A stretch of DNA of 64,000 nt. It comes from Eubacteriales bacterium. Its GTDB lineage: Bacteria; Bacillota; Clostridia; Lachnospirales; Lachnospiraceae. The position numbers were made by a program, and so were the translations under genes. The notes beneath the pieces are model-generated. The model did no database searches, had not been told where the DNA came from, and worked only from the letters and a program-made list of their open reading frames with translations. Below are positions 27,531-37,800 of the stretch, one piece after another (position 1 is the stretch's first letter; every line of letters begins with the position of its first letter). Location of the stretch: contig JBNMLM010000001.1 of assembly GCA_050874845.1 (NCBI GenBank), positions 987 through 64,986 of the forward strand. The letters run 5' to 3'.

Positions 27531-28940
27531 TTATTCTACATCCACAACGCGGATCATGTTGGTTGCGCCTGCAATTCTGAGAGGGAAACCTGCAACAATG
27601 ACAACGCGGTTGCCGGATTTGATGACACCGGCGGCCTTGCACTTACTGATTACCTCATTGATAAGAGCTTCGCCATCCTCCTGCTCTGTGATAAGAACAG
27701 GTGTAACTCCCCACATGAGAGACGTCTCACGGCACACGCGCTCGTTGGTTGAGCAGCCGATAATATCTATGTTAGGACGGAAACCGGACACCTTGCGGAT
27801 TGTGCTTCCGCTTAAGGAAACCGGAATAATAGCATCAGCATTGATTATGCTTGCGATAGAACATGCAGCACATGCGATTGAGGAGGCTAAGTTACTTCCG
27901 TTGTATGTTATCTCGAATTTACCGGTAGTTGTAGTCTTTTCAATCTCACGGCAGATTCTGCTCATAGTCTTAACTGCTTCTACAGGGTAGTCGCCGGCAG
28001 CACTCTCACCTGAGAGCATTACAGCTGATGTCTGGTCAAAGATTGCGTTCGCAACATCATTGACCTCTGCACGGGTAGGACGAGGATTATGAGTCATGCT
28101 CTCAAGCATCTGGGTTGCTACGATTACGAACTTACCGGACTTAAGGCACTTGTGTATCATATCCTTCTGTACAACAGGAACCTTTTCAAAAGGAATTTCA
28201 ACACCCATATCGCCTCTTGCTACCATAATTCCGTCTGCGGCATCGATAATTGCGTCGAGATTCTCAACACCTTCCTGACTCTCAATCTTGGCAATGAGCT
28301 TGGAGGTATTGTTATGCTCCTTCTGAAGTCTGCGGACCTCAAGAACATCCTCTGCGCAACGGACGAAACTGAGTGCGAAGAAGTCAAATCCGGTCTTCAT
28401 GGCAAATTCTAAATCCTTCCTGTCAACATCGCTGAGGAATGGAAGTGATAAATGAACACCCGGAACATTGATAGCCTTGCGGTCTGATATTACGCCGCCA
28501 TTGATGACACGGCATACAATATCTGTATCATCAATCTTTTCAACCTTGAGTTCAATAAGACCATCATTTACAAGTATGCTTGTACCTATCTGAACATCAT
28601 TGATAAGATTTTTATATGAAATTGAACCTATAGTATTATTTCCAAGAATTTCTTTTGTGGTGAGTGTAAATAAGTCACCATCGTTAACGGTCACCTTGCC
28701 ACCTTCAAAGAGACGGAAACGAATCTCCGGACCTTTTGAATCGAAGAGAGTAGCTACCGGAAGCTTAAGCTCATCACGAACCTTCACAACGCGGTTATAT
28801 CTGCCTAAGTGTTCCTCATAGCTTCCGTGTGAAAAGTTAAAACGTGCAACATTCATGCCGTTTTCCATCATTTTTCTGAGAGTCTCCTCATTATCACATG
28901 CCGGACCCATGGTACACACTAATCTTGTCTTCTTTAACAT
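27531..28940 (-). CDS. pyk: Pyruvate kinase
   Basis: MLKKTRLVCTMGPA, NFSHG and MVARGDMGVEIP motifs. GGAGG lies 11 nt upstream of the ATG at 28940. Confidence 0.92.
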   Translation of the reverse strand: MLKKTRLVCTMGPACDNEETLRKMMENGMNVARFNFSHGSYEEHLGRYNRVVKVRDELKLPVATLFDSKGPEIRFRLFEGGKVTVNDGDLFTLTTKEILGNNTIGSISYKNLINDVQIGTSILVNDGLIELKVEKIDDTDIVCRVINGGVISDRKAINVPGVHLSLPFLSDVDRKDLEFAMKTGFDFFALSFVRCAEDVLEVRRLQKEHNNTSKLIAKIESQEGVENLDAIIDAADGIMVARGDMGVEIPFEKVPVVQKDMIHKCLKSGKFVIVATQMLESMTHNPRPTRAEVNDVANAIFDQTSAVMLSGESAAGDYPVEAVKTMSRICREIEKTTTTGKFEITYNGSNLASSIACAACSIASIINADAIIPVSLSGSTIRKVSGFRPNIDIIGCSTNERVCRETSLMWGVTPVLITEQEDGEALINEVISKCKAAGVIKSGNRVVIVAGFPLRIAGATNMIRVVDVE

Positions 28941-29031
28941 TAAAAATAAATCCTCCTTATTAAACTGTCTCAATTATTATAACATAACCAATACTAAAAT
29001 GAAAGCGCTTTCACGCTTCTTTACTTTATCT

Positions 29032-30696
29032 TTACCTTACTGCCTCGTGGTTTATTTTTTTCATAGCGAATTTCTCACTGTACATCATCTTGTCCGCACG
29101 TCTTAGCGTATCTCCGATATCATAGTCCTCATCTGCGTTGTACATTTCGTAGCCACATGCAATATGAAGAGGAAAGCTGTCCGGATGTGCGGCATTATAA
29201 TCTGCGAGCAGCTTATTAAAGCTTTTGATACAGTCACGGCACTTAGCAATAGATATGCCATGTAACAGCGCACAGAATTCATCACCTCCCATTCTGTAAC
29301 AGTCACCGAAACTGCCGAAGGCTTTTTTAATCAGACCGGCACTCTCGACAATATATGAGTCACCATGGTCATGTCCGAAGTTGTCATTGCACTGCTTGAG
29401 GTTGTTAAGGTCAAACATGACAATTATATGTCCATCGGGCTTGAACTTGCTGTGCCCGATATATTTTGCATAGGCAGTTCTGTTAAAAAGTCCTGTGAGC
29501 TGATCGTGGTAAGCCATTTCCTCAAAGGCTTTTGCCTGACTTCCGATCTCCATAAGTGCCTTGGCTTCTTTGAGTGAGGTCATTCCAAGTGCAAGTATAT
29601 AGAATAAAAGACATGTGATTCCAAGGAATGACGGAAAGGCTCCATTTGTCAGGTAGTAGGCAACGATATCGACTAACAGTCCCACAAGGCATGCAAATGA
29701 ACATATAAATGAAAGCTTTATTTTAGGGTTCCATCCGTAACAGGTTACTTCTCTGTAAAACATAATGAACACTACCGGGATGTTAGAGAGCATCACGGCA
29801 TGGATAAGCCAGAGATTATCACGCATATCTGTTTTTGCACTTATCTGCAGCACTACAATTAGGATAAACACTATAATGTTAAATATACAAGGCACATTCC
29901 AGAGAAAGCTGTCTTTTTCCGTAAATGAGTTTCTCAAAAAACTTATAAAGGGAATACTCATCATCAACAGGCAGAAGTAGGAGGTGTACGATATCAATAC
30001 GGGGTTTTTTATAATTGCAGCCGTATAGTCAAGATCCATAAACTTCCATACACCGATGAGGATAGAAAAGAACCCTATCATAATCAGACTCTTATCAACA
30101 TGCCTGTTTCTTAAGTTCACAAGTGTGAAAAATATGAAGAATAAACCCGCAAGCACCGCGATGAAACATGTGAAATATATGATAATGTTAGGCGCCAGAA
30201 GGTGCTCATATATCTTGAATTGTGAACCAAGATAAAAAATAGGATGGGTGTTAACCATGCTTTTATAAAGCGGTGTCAGGACAATTCTAACTGTCTTTCC
30301 TACATCAGCGGGGCGAACAGGAATCACACACCAGTTAGAACCGGTGGTTTTTATAAATGAACTGTCATCCGGTGAGAGCGAATATATAAGCTCAGAGTCC
30401 ATATATACTTCGACTTTTTCATGTTTTATATAAAAGACAAGGTTAGAGCTGTTAGCCGGAAGAGCCGGCAGCGACAGCGTCAGCTCATTATACATCTTTA
30501 AAGGGGCATTATCGTCAGCTATTGTCTTGAATGTATCTGTTGTAATGATGCGGTATGAATCGGTAGGTCTGGTCGCAAATATGTTTATATGAAAATTTGA
30601 GCCGATATATGTGAGCATGCATACCAGAGCAAGGAGACAAGTAGCGTAAGCAGTGTATATGATATATTTTATTTTTTCATTATTTTTTTCCTTCAA
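29032..30696 (-). CDS. Diguanylate cyclase with an N-terminal external domain + 7TM (7TMR-DISM-like) + GGDEF
   Basis: RMGGDEFCA active site and 7 TM helices after a ~170-aa external domain. TTG start after GGAGG. Confidence 0.8.
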   Translation of the reverse strand: MKEKNNEKIKYIIYTAYATCLLALVCMLTYIGSNFHINIFATRPTDSYRIITTDTFKTIADDNAPLKMYNELTLSLPALPANSSNLVFYIKHEKVEVYMDSELIYSLSPDDSSFIKTTGSNWCVIPVRPADVGKTVRIVLTPLYKSMVNTHPIFYLGSQFKIYEHLLAPNIIIYFTCFIAVLAGLFFIFFTLVNLRNRHVDKSLIMIGFFSILIGVWKFMDLDYTAAIIKNPVLISYTSYFCLLMMSIPFISFLRNSFTEKDSFLWNVPCIFNIIVFILIVVLQISAKTDMRDNLWLIHAVMLSNIPVVFIMFYREVTCYGWNPKIKLSFICSFACLVGLLVDIVAYYLTNGAFPSFLGITCLLFYILALGMTSLKEAKALMEIGSQAKAFEEMAYHDQLTGLFNRTAYAKYIGHSKFKPDGHIIVMFDLNNLKQCNDNFGHDHGDSYIVESAGLIKKAFGSFGDCYRMGGDEFCALLHGISIAKCRDCIKSFNKLLADYNAAHPDSFPLHIACGYEMYNADEDYDIGDTLRRADKMMYSEKFAMKKINHEAVR

Positions 30697-30881
30697 TGAA
30701 ACCTCCTATGGATATATTTCTTATCGTCTGCTATTGGCAAAGTTAATGAAAATCACCGGCTGAGCCTTAGCGTACCTTGATTTAAACATACAAAATAATT
30801 ATATCATTGAATAGGCAGAAATAAAATATACTTTTTATACGTGGGCGGTTTTCGGGTTATATATTGGCATTACATGATGTG

Positions 30882-31176
30882 GGGGTCAAAACATGCCAAT
30901 TTAATGTACAAGTGTATAACGTATTATATTTATACATATCAGCTCCATTGTCCGAAGCAAGATGTTCTAAGAACTCTGATAAAGGTATTCTATACGTCCG
31001 CCACCGAAGCAAAGCATACATCCGTGTATGCATTGCTTCTAAAGCAGCATCCGTGCTGCTTTTGGCTAGGTATATAACAGAGTTCTAAGAACATCTAAGC
31101 TTCTGACAAAAGTCGTGATATGCATAAATATAATACGTTATACACAGCTAGGTATATATAGCATGTTTTGACACCC
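30882..31176 (+). repeat. Nested-palindrome intergenic element, copy 3
   Basis: Same architecture as copies 1 and 2. It lies in the divergent region between the GGDEF gene (start 30696) and the ABC ATPase (start 31288). Confidence 0.85.
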
Positions 31177-31190
31177 GAATCTTAACACGC

Positions 31191-31256
31191 AATTGTGAAA
31201 CGCAGTGTACTAGCAAAAGTGCACAACTGTTTATTGGCGAATCGCGTTTCACAATT
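31191..31256 (+). promoter_or_regulatory. Conserved 5'-region motif X: a perfect 13-bp inverted repeat enclosing a 40-nt core, shared with 57047-57153
   Basis: AATTGTGAAACGC ... GCGTTTCACAATT. The core GTGCACAACTGTTTATTGGCGAAT matches GGCACAACTGTTTACCGGAGAAT at 57118-57140 (part of the ~55-nt stretch about 75% alike). Confidence 0.5.
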
Positions 31257-31287
31257 ACTTAGCAAAATAATAGAAAAGAGGGATAAG

Positions 31288-31989
31288 ATGGCATTTGTTG
31301 AGTGCAGGCATGTGAAGAAAACGTATCAGATGGGCGAAGTGACTATTACGGCGCTTCAGGATGTGAATTTTGAGATTGAGAAGGGTGAGTTCTGTGTCAT
31401 TGTCGGGGCTTCGGGAGCAGGAAAGACCACCATTCTGAATATTATGGGCGGTATGGATACGCTGACTGAGGGGGAGGTAATACTTGACGGAAACAGAATA
31501 TCAGACTACAAGCCTAAGCAGCTTACAACCTACAGAAGATATGATATTGGTTTTGTGTTCCAGTTCTATAATCTTGTGCAGAATCTCACTGCGTTGGAGA
31601 ATGTCGAGCTGGCTTCGCAGATATGCAGGGAGCCTATTGACGCTATGACGGTGTTGAAGCAGGTGGGTCTGGAAAACAGGGCGGCTAACTTCCCGGCGCA
31701 GCTTTCGGGCGGAGAACAGCAGAGAGTGGCGATTGCGAGAGCACTTGCAAAGAATCCTAAGCTGTTACTCTGTGATGAACCGACGGGAGCTTTGGACTAT
31801 GCCACAGGTAAGCAGGTTCTTAAGCTCTTGCAGGACACCTGCAGGAGGGATGGCAAGACAGTGGTTGTCATCACGCACAACAGCGCGCTCACCGCGATGG
31901 CGGACAGGGTGATAACCGTCAAGAACGGAACAGTCACGTCCATGGTTAAGAATGAGCACATTGTTCCTGTGGAGGATATTGAGTGGTAA
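31288..31989 (+). CDS. ABC transporter ATP-binding protein (MacB/LolD-like)
   Basis: Walker [10 protein letters not shown], signature [15 protein letters not shown], Walker B LLLCDEPT. Confidence 0.9.
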   Translation: MAFVECRHVKKTYQMGEVTITALQDVNFEIEKGEFCVIVGASGAGKTTILNIMGGMDTLTEGEVILDGNRISDYKPKQLTTYRRYDIGFVFQFYNLVQNLTALENVELASQICREPIDAMTVLKQVGLENRAANFPAQLSGGEQQRVAIARALAKNPKLLLCDEPTGALDYATGKQVLKLLQDTCRRDGKTVVVITHNSALTAMADRVITVKNGTVTSMVKNEHIVPVEDIEW

Positions 31990-32005
31990 GGAGGGGGTAT
32001 ACGAT

Positions 32006-34777
32006 ATGAAATCAGCGATGAAAAAGACATCCCTCCGTGAGATAAAGCATAGTCTGGGGAGGTATCTTGCTATATTTTCGATAGTTGCTCTGGGCGTTAT
32101 CATGTTCGCCGGACTTAAGGTGTGCAGGGAGGACATGGTTGCCACGGCGGATAAATATTTTTCCGATACGGCATTATATGATTTCAGGGCGCTGTCAACG
32201 CTGGGCTTTGATATGGATGACGCGGCGGCGTTAACAGAGGTCGATGGCGTAAAGTACGCGCAGGGCGGCATAAATCAGGCTGTGCTGCAAAAGCTTGAGG
32301 ACGGAAGGGAATGTGTGAGTACCACATATTCGCTGTTGGACAACATCAATGTGCCTGAGCTTATTGAGGGCAGATTTCCGGAAAATGACAGGGAATGTAT
32401 AGTCGACAGCAAGTACTATGGAAGCGAATATATAGGGAAAGAATTTATCATATCCGATAGCAATACCGACGATGTGAAGGACGCCTTTAAGTACAGCTCA
32501 TACACGATTGTGGGACGCGTGCAGTCACCTCTGTATCTCAACTTCGAGCGCGGAACAGCTTCGGTCGGCAACGGAAGTGTGTCGAGCTTCGCATATTTTC
32601 TGAGGGATGCGTATACGGCGGAGTATGACAACGAGATATACATAAAGATGGATTCCGATGCGGTAATCTATTCGGATGAGTATGATTCATACATTGATTC
32701 ACACACCGATGTGCTCAAGGCTTTCGTGCAGGCAATCGCGGATAAGAGGTATGACAGGCTCTACAGTGAAGCTGCCGACAAGATAGCTGACGCAAAAAAT
32801 GAGCTTGAAGATGAACTTGCGAAGGCACGTAAGGAGCTGGATGATGCCTACACGAAGCTTCAGGAATCCGAAAAGGAGCTTGGTGAGAAGCAGAATGAGG
32901 TGGACGCGGCACGTCAGGCACTTGAGCTTGCCGGAATGAATACGGAGGGCATGTTTGATGATGCGCAGGCACAGCTTGATGAGGCGCACAGGCAGCTTGA
33001 GGACGGCTATGCAGAGTACGCCGATGGGGTTAAGGAGCTTGAGGCTAAGAATGCTGATGCACAGGCAGAGATTGACGATGCGCAGAGTAAGTTTGACGAG
33101 TTGAAGAAGCCGACGGTGTATCTGCTTGACAGGAATACCAATGTAGGCTATGCAAGCTTCGATAATGATAGCAATATAGTCAATCAGGTTGCGGCGGTAT
33201 TCCCGATATTCTTTTTTGCCGTTGCGGCGCTTGTGTGCATGACAACCATGACGCGAATGGTCGAGGATGAGAGGACACAGATAGGAGTGCTTAAGGCTCT
33301 TGGCTATAGCGAGGGCGCGGTGATGGCGAAGTATCTGTTCTATTCAGGTTCGGCGGCGGTGGGAGGCTCAGTATTCGGATATGTGGTCGGCAACCTGTTG
33401 TTCCCGAAGGTAATCTGGATTGGTTACGGAATGTTGTATGACTTTGCAGAGCTCACATACGTGTGGGATGTGAGGATAGGAATAATATCGATTGCGGCGG
33501 CGGTGCTCTGTTCAATGGGAGCGACATATTTTTCATGTGCGGCACAGTTTCACAGCTCACCTGCCACGCTGATACGCCCTAAGGCGCCTAAAAGCGGAAA
33601 GAGGATTCTGTTGGAGCGGGTAGGGTTTATATGGAAGAGATTGAGCTTTTTAAGAAAAGTGTCCGTGAGGAATGTTTTTAGGTACAAAAAGCGTTTCATT
33701 ATGATGATAATGGGAATTGGCGGCTGCAGCGCGCTTGTTGTCACTGCTCTGGGGCTTAAGGATTCCTTCAGCGATATTGTAAGTGCACAGTATCGTGAGA
33801 TAGCTGTATACGATATGACAGTTACCTTGGGGGAGGCTGCGGATGGGGCTGAAAGGCAGAAGCTCGGAAGTGAATTTGAGGAGTATTTTGACAGCTATGC
33901 CTTCCTTAATTCTTCGACGATGGATATTGAGAGCGACAGCAATAAGAAGTCCTCTAATATCATAATTCCTGAGAATGAGGAAGCTTTTAAAGAGCAGTAC
34001 AATTTCTTAAGCTACAAGGGCGGGGATGCGCTCACATACCCTGCGCAGGGCGAGGTGATACTCACAAGGAGACTTGCAAAGCTGCTTGGAGTGAAAAAAG
34101 GCGATACGCTGACAATCACGGATGATGATTTCAATGCCATGACGGTCACAGTTGCCGCTGTGTGCAAGAACTATGTGTTCAATTATGCTTTTATCTCCAA
34201 GGAGACTTATATATCGGCTGTGGGGCATGAGCCGGAGTACAGGACAGTGTATGCTTCACTGAAGGACGGAAGGGACGCCCATCAGACGGTGGCAGACCTG
34301 CTGTCCGCGGATGATGTGAGTTCGGCGAGCGTCAATGCGGACACGGAGAGCCAGTTTAACAATATGATATCGAGCATAAATTATGTTGTGCTGCTTGTAA
34401 TCGTGCTTGCCGCGGCGCTTGCATTCGTTGTGCTGTACAACCTCACGAACATAAACATCACCGAAAGAATAAGGGAGATCGCGACCATCAAGGTGCTTGG
34501 CTTTTATTCGTGGGAGACAGCCTCGTATGTGTTCAGGGAGAACTTTATCTTAACCGGAATAGGAGCGCTGTTAGGACTTGGGCTTGGAAAGCTTTTGCAC
34601 ATGTTCATCATGGAATGTATCAATATTGAGGCGGTATACTTTGAGAGCAGGATAACACTCACGAGCTATATATTAAGTGTTGTGCTCACGTTTGTATTTG
34701 CCATAGTTGTAAATCTGTTTATGTATTTTAAACTCAACAAAATCAATATGGCAGAGTCACTTAAATCGGTCGAGTAA
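32006..34777 (+). CDS. FtsX-family ABC permease with two modules and a long coiled-coil external insert
   Basis: Two FtsX 4-TM bundles and a heptad-rich segment (AKNELEDELAKARKELDDAYTKLQESEKELGEKQNEVDAARQ). AGGAGG RBS. Confidence 0.85.
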   Translation: MKSAMKKTSLREIKHSLGRYLAIFSIVALGVIMFAGLKVCREDMVATADKYFSDTALYDFRALSTLGFDMDDAAALTEVDGVKYAQGGINQAVLQKLEDGRECVSTTYSLLDNINVPELIEGRFPENDRECIVDSKYYGSEYIGKEFIISDSNTDDVKDAFKYSSYTIVGRVQSPLYLNFERGTASVGNGSVSSFAYFLRDAYTAEYDNEIYIKMDSDAVIYSDEYDSYIDSHTDVLKAFVQAIADKRYDRLYSEAADKIADAKNELEDELAKARKELDDAYTKLQESEKELGEKQNEVDAARQALELAGMNTEGMFDDAQAQLDEAHRQLEDGYAEYADGVKELEAKNADAQAEIDDAQSKFDELKKPTVYLLDRNTNVGYASFDNDSNIVNQVAAVFPIFFFAVAALVCMTTMTRMVEDERTQIGVLKALGYSEGAVMAKYLFYSGSAAVGGSVFGYVVGNLLFPKVIWIGYGMLYDFAELTYVWDVRIGIISIAAAVLCSMGATYFSCAAQFHSSPATLIRPKAPKSGKRILLERVGFIWKRLSFLRKVSVRNVFRYKKRFIMMIMGIGGCSALVVTALGLKDSFSDIVSAQYREIAVYDMTVTLGEAADGAERQKLGSEFEEYFDSYAFLNSSTMDIESDSNKKSSNIIIPENEEAFKEQYNFLSYKGGDALTYPAQGEVILTRRLAKLLGVKKGDTLTITDDDFNAMTVTVAAVCKNYVFNYAFISKETYISAVGHEPEYRTVYASLKDGRDAHQTVADLLSADDVSSASVNADTESQFNNMISSINYVVLLVIVLAAALAFVVLYNLTNINITERIREIATIKVLGFYSWETASYVFRENFILTGIGALLGLGLGKLLHMFIMECINIEAVYFESRITLTSYILSVVLTFVFAIVVNLFMYFKLNKINMAESLKSVE

Positions 34778-34811
34778 AAAAACAGAGAAGCTATTCAGCT
34801 TCTCTGTTTTT
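34776..34811. terminator. Bidirectional terminator shared by the convergent permease and helicase ORFs
   Basis: A-run, stem ACAGAGAAGC/GCTTCTCTGT, then a T-run. The last codons and the stop of the minus-strand ORF lie inside the stem-loop. Confidence 0.7.
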
Positions 34812-37800
34812 GCTTCTTATCCAGTCATATTTCTTAATCAGTTCTTCGTCCGTGCTTCCGGTGAAGAAGTAGTAGTCAAAATACTGCGCTTCATCTAGGG
34901 CGATGAAGGCTCCGTAGGTCGGTATGCTGTTAAATAGCACCGTGAAGTCATGGCTTATCGCCAGACCGTAGCCTTTATCGGATATGACACATGGAGCTTT
35001 CAGCTTGCTTTTTCCGAACGAGATATATCTTGCAACGCGGTTGAGCGGAAGCTGGTCGCGGTTGCTTGCACCGAAGGCGTAGAGCTTCTGGGCGCTGTCG
35101 AAGTCGAAAAAGCATATGCTTCTGTTTTTGGTTGTCTCTAGGATATGTCCCGGCTGCTTTTCATTTAAGAGTACGTTTTTATCCTTGTCGCAGAAGCTTA
35201 TAAGTCCATTCTTTTTATCAATGCGAAGGTAGAGCGCTGAGGTGGCGAGCAGAACCGTGTCGGGAGTGTCCTTGAACTTCCATTTATCGGTGGTCTTTCT
35301 GTTCTCAATGCATTTCGCCTCGGGTATCTGAGCTCCTGCTCTGTGATAGCTGACACGTATCATTGAAGAAGCATAAGGGGTGAGCGTGAGCGTTGCATTG
35401 ATACTGTCTAGGATGAGGCTGTTACCCTCACGTCTTACTGCTCTGAACGGATATGCGGCCATGCGGTTCGGATTCTGCTTAAGCACATCCATCTTCGGCA
35501 CAGAGCCGAAGGAGTATTCCGACATGCACATAATCTTGTTGCTGTAGTCGACAGCCTTGCTCGGAGCTGCGGGAGGTGCGGTATATGGCATGGCAGGATA
35601 TGGTGATGCTTTTCTGGCTGCCGGAGCTTTATATTTTCCCGAAAGGTCTGTCATTTGGGACGCCGGGATGGTTCGCTTTGCGTCCGGTGTGACAGGGCTT
35701 GTTCTGGCTGTTGAATCATCAGCCTGTTCATCTTCTCCGGAAACGGCTGTGGCAGGCTGGATGGAGCTGAACGTCACTGTCTTTCGCACCCTGTTAGGCT
35801 GCATGTTCTCCGCGTCAAACACAGCATTTCTTACCGAATCGGGGATTGGCTCTGCAATCAATGGCGTGAGTGTTCCGGTGTGGTAGACGGCAAGCTCATG
35901 GAGCGCACGGGTTGCCGCTACATAGAGGAGCTTTACATTGGCGTCACACGCCGGGTATGCGTCAATGTCCGGATTCATAAGTATGCAGCAGTCGAATTCC
36001 AGTCCCTTGGTGTAGGTGATTGGAAGAACCATTGTCCCGGTATCAAATTCCATCGCGTCAAAGTCATTGACCTGAGTGTATTTTGCAAGCTCTTCGGCGG
36101 CTGCCCTTGAGGTATCAATATCAGGGCAGATTATCGCTATCGTCTCATAGCCGGCTTCCTTCCACGCATTTATTTTGGCGGCGGTATTTCTGATAAGCTC
36201 ATCGTTATCCGCAAAAGCCGCTATCTCCACGTCCTTGCCATGTCTTATAATAGGCTCGACAGGATAGATTGAGAAAGTACCGTGTCTTAAGATATCCGTT
36301 GCAAAGTGGGATATCTCAACAGTGTTGCGGTAGCTCTTACGCAGGAGATTGAAGCTGTCATATTCCCCGGTGAGGAAGTTGGCGGTGAGCTCAGTCCAGT
36401 CATTCAGTCCGTGTTCATAGTGAATATTCTGTGCAACGTCACCCATTATCGTGTAGGTACAGCCGCGCATGCAGTAGTGCAGGCTCATATATGCCATCAT
36501 TCCGAAGTCCTGTGCCTCATCTATGACAACATGGTGTGCCTCCTCAATAGGGTCATTTTCCTTGGTACGCTTGTAGATGTAGGCTAGGGCGGCGAGGTCG
36601 TATAAATCAGGAGACTTAGCGTCATAAGGGAACACGGTGCCGTATTTCTTCTCCTGAGATTTCAGAAAATCGGAGTATATGTCGTATGTGGAGTATTTCC
36701 ACTTCTTAGGTCCGAAGTACTGACGGTAGAAGCGCGTGAGTGCCTTCTTTTCTTCAGGTGAGTACTGGATTTCCTTTCCCATGAGTTCGTTCTCAAGGCG
36801 CGATAGTATGCGGTTGTTGAGGTGTTCTATCTTAAGCTGTGTCGATAGCTGCGGGTTCTCATTAAGGAACGCCATGATGGACTGCGATGTGAGCAGGGTG
36901 ACACACACGTCATGTTCGAGAAGCACATTCTCATTAGATTTGAGGATGACATCCCTTGTGTCGATGACATTTCTCTCAAAACTATTACAGAACGCCTCAA
37001 GCTCACGAAACCATGTGAGTGTTCCGCGCTTTAAGGAGGCAGGGTACACTGCGGACGGCATGACAAGCGGCGCAATATTCTGTGTAGCTCTGTCCCAGTC
37101 CTCATACAGAAGTCTCACAAAAAGCTCCTCCATCGTCATCTGGCGCACACCGTTTACGTCCAAATCGGGCAGGACGCTGGTAATGTAATTGAGGAGAATC
37201 TTGTTGCTTCCGACAATGTAAAAATCTGCCGGCTTAAAGTCCTTCTCATAGTTGTACAGGATATATGATATCCTGTGCATGGCGACAGTTGTCTTTCCGG
37301 AACCGGCAGCTCCCTGGACTATTATACTTTTGTAAGGGGACTGTCTTATAATATTATTCTGTTCCTTCTGGATTGTCGCAATAATCTCACCGAGAACAGC
37401 CTTCTTGTTCTGGGAGAGGTATCTGTTTAGAAGCTCATCGTTTGCGACAACGTCGCTGTCAAAAAAGGAAAGCAGGGTATCATCCTTAATTTCGTAGGTT
37501 CTCTTTTTCTTAAGGTCAATCACAAAATCACCTTCTCTTGGAACAGAGTAGGTGACTTCTCCGATGTGGCTTTCGTAGTATGAATTGGCGATAGGGGCAC
37601 GCCAATCGATGACCTCAAGGTGGGTTACATCGCGGGATATGCCGACCTTGCCTATATAGATGGTGTCATTGCTCTTGTGCTTATCATCGACAAAATCGAT
37701 TCTTCCGAAGAAAGGCTTCTGTCTTGCCTTTTCGGCTCGGGAGGCTTCATGCTGCGCACGCTCATACATTACCTGTATGTTGTCAATCATTGACAGAGCT

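Noticed and set aside
14359-31176. The possibility that the palindromic element upstream of the GGDEF genes is a c-di-GMP (GEMM-I/II) riboswitch.
   Set aside because: I could not find the conserved GEMM features in either strand (for example GGCAAACC/CGCAAAGC-type receptor and tetraloop segments, or the class II pseudoknot core). The architecture is one long nested hairpin instead.
31191-31256. Motif X half-sites (TGTGAAACGC / GCGTTTCACA) as a CcpA cre site.
   Set aside because: The halves resemble cre half-sites but are separated by 40 nt. A functional cre is a contiguous ~14-16 bp palindrome.
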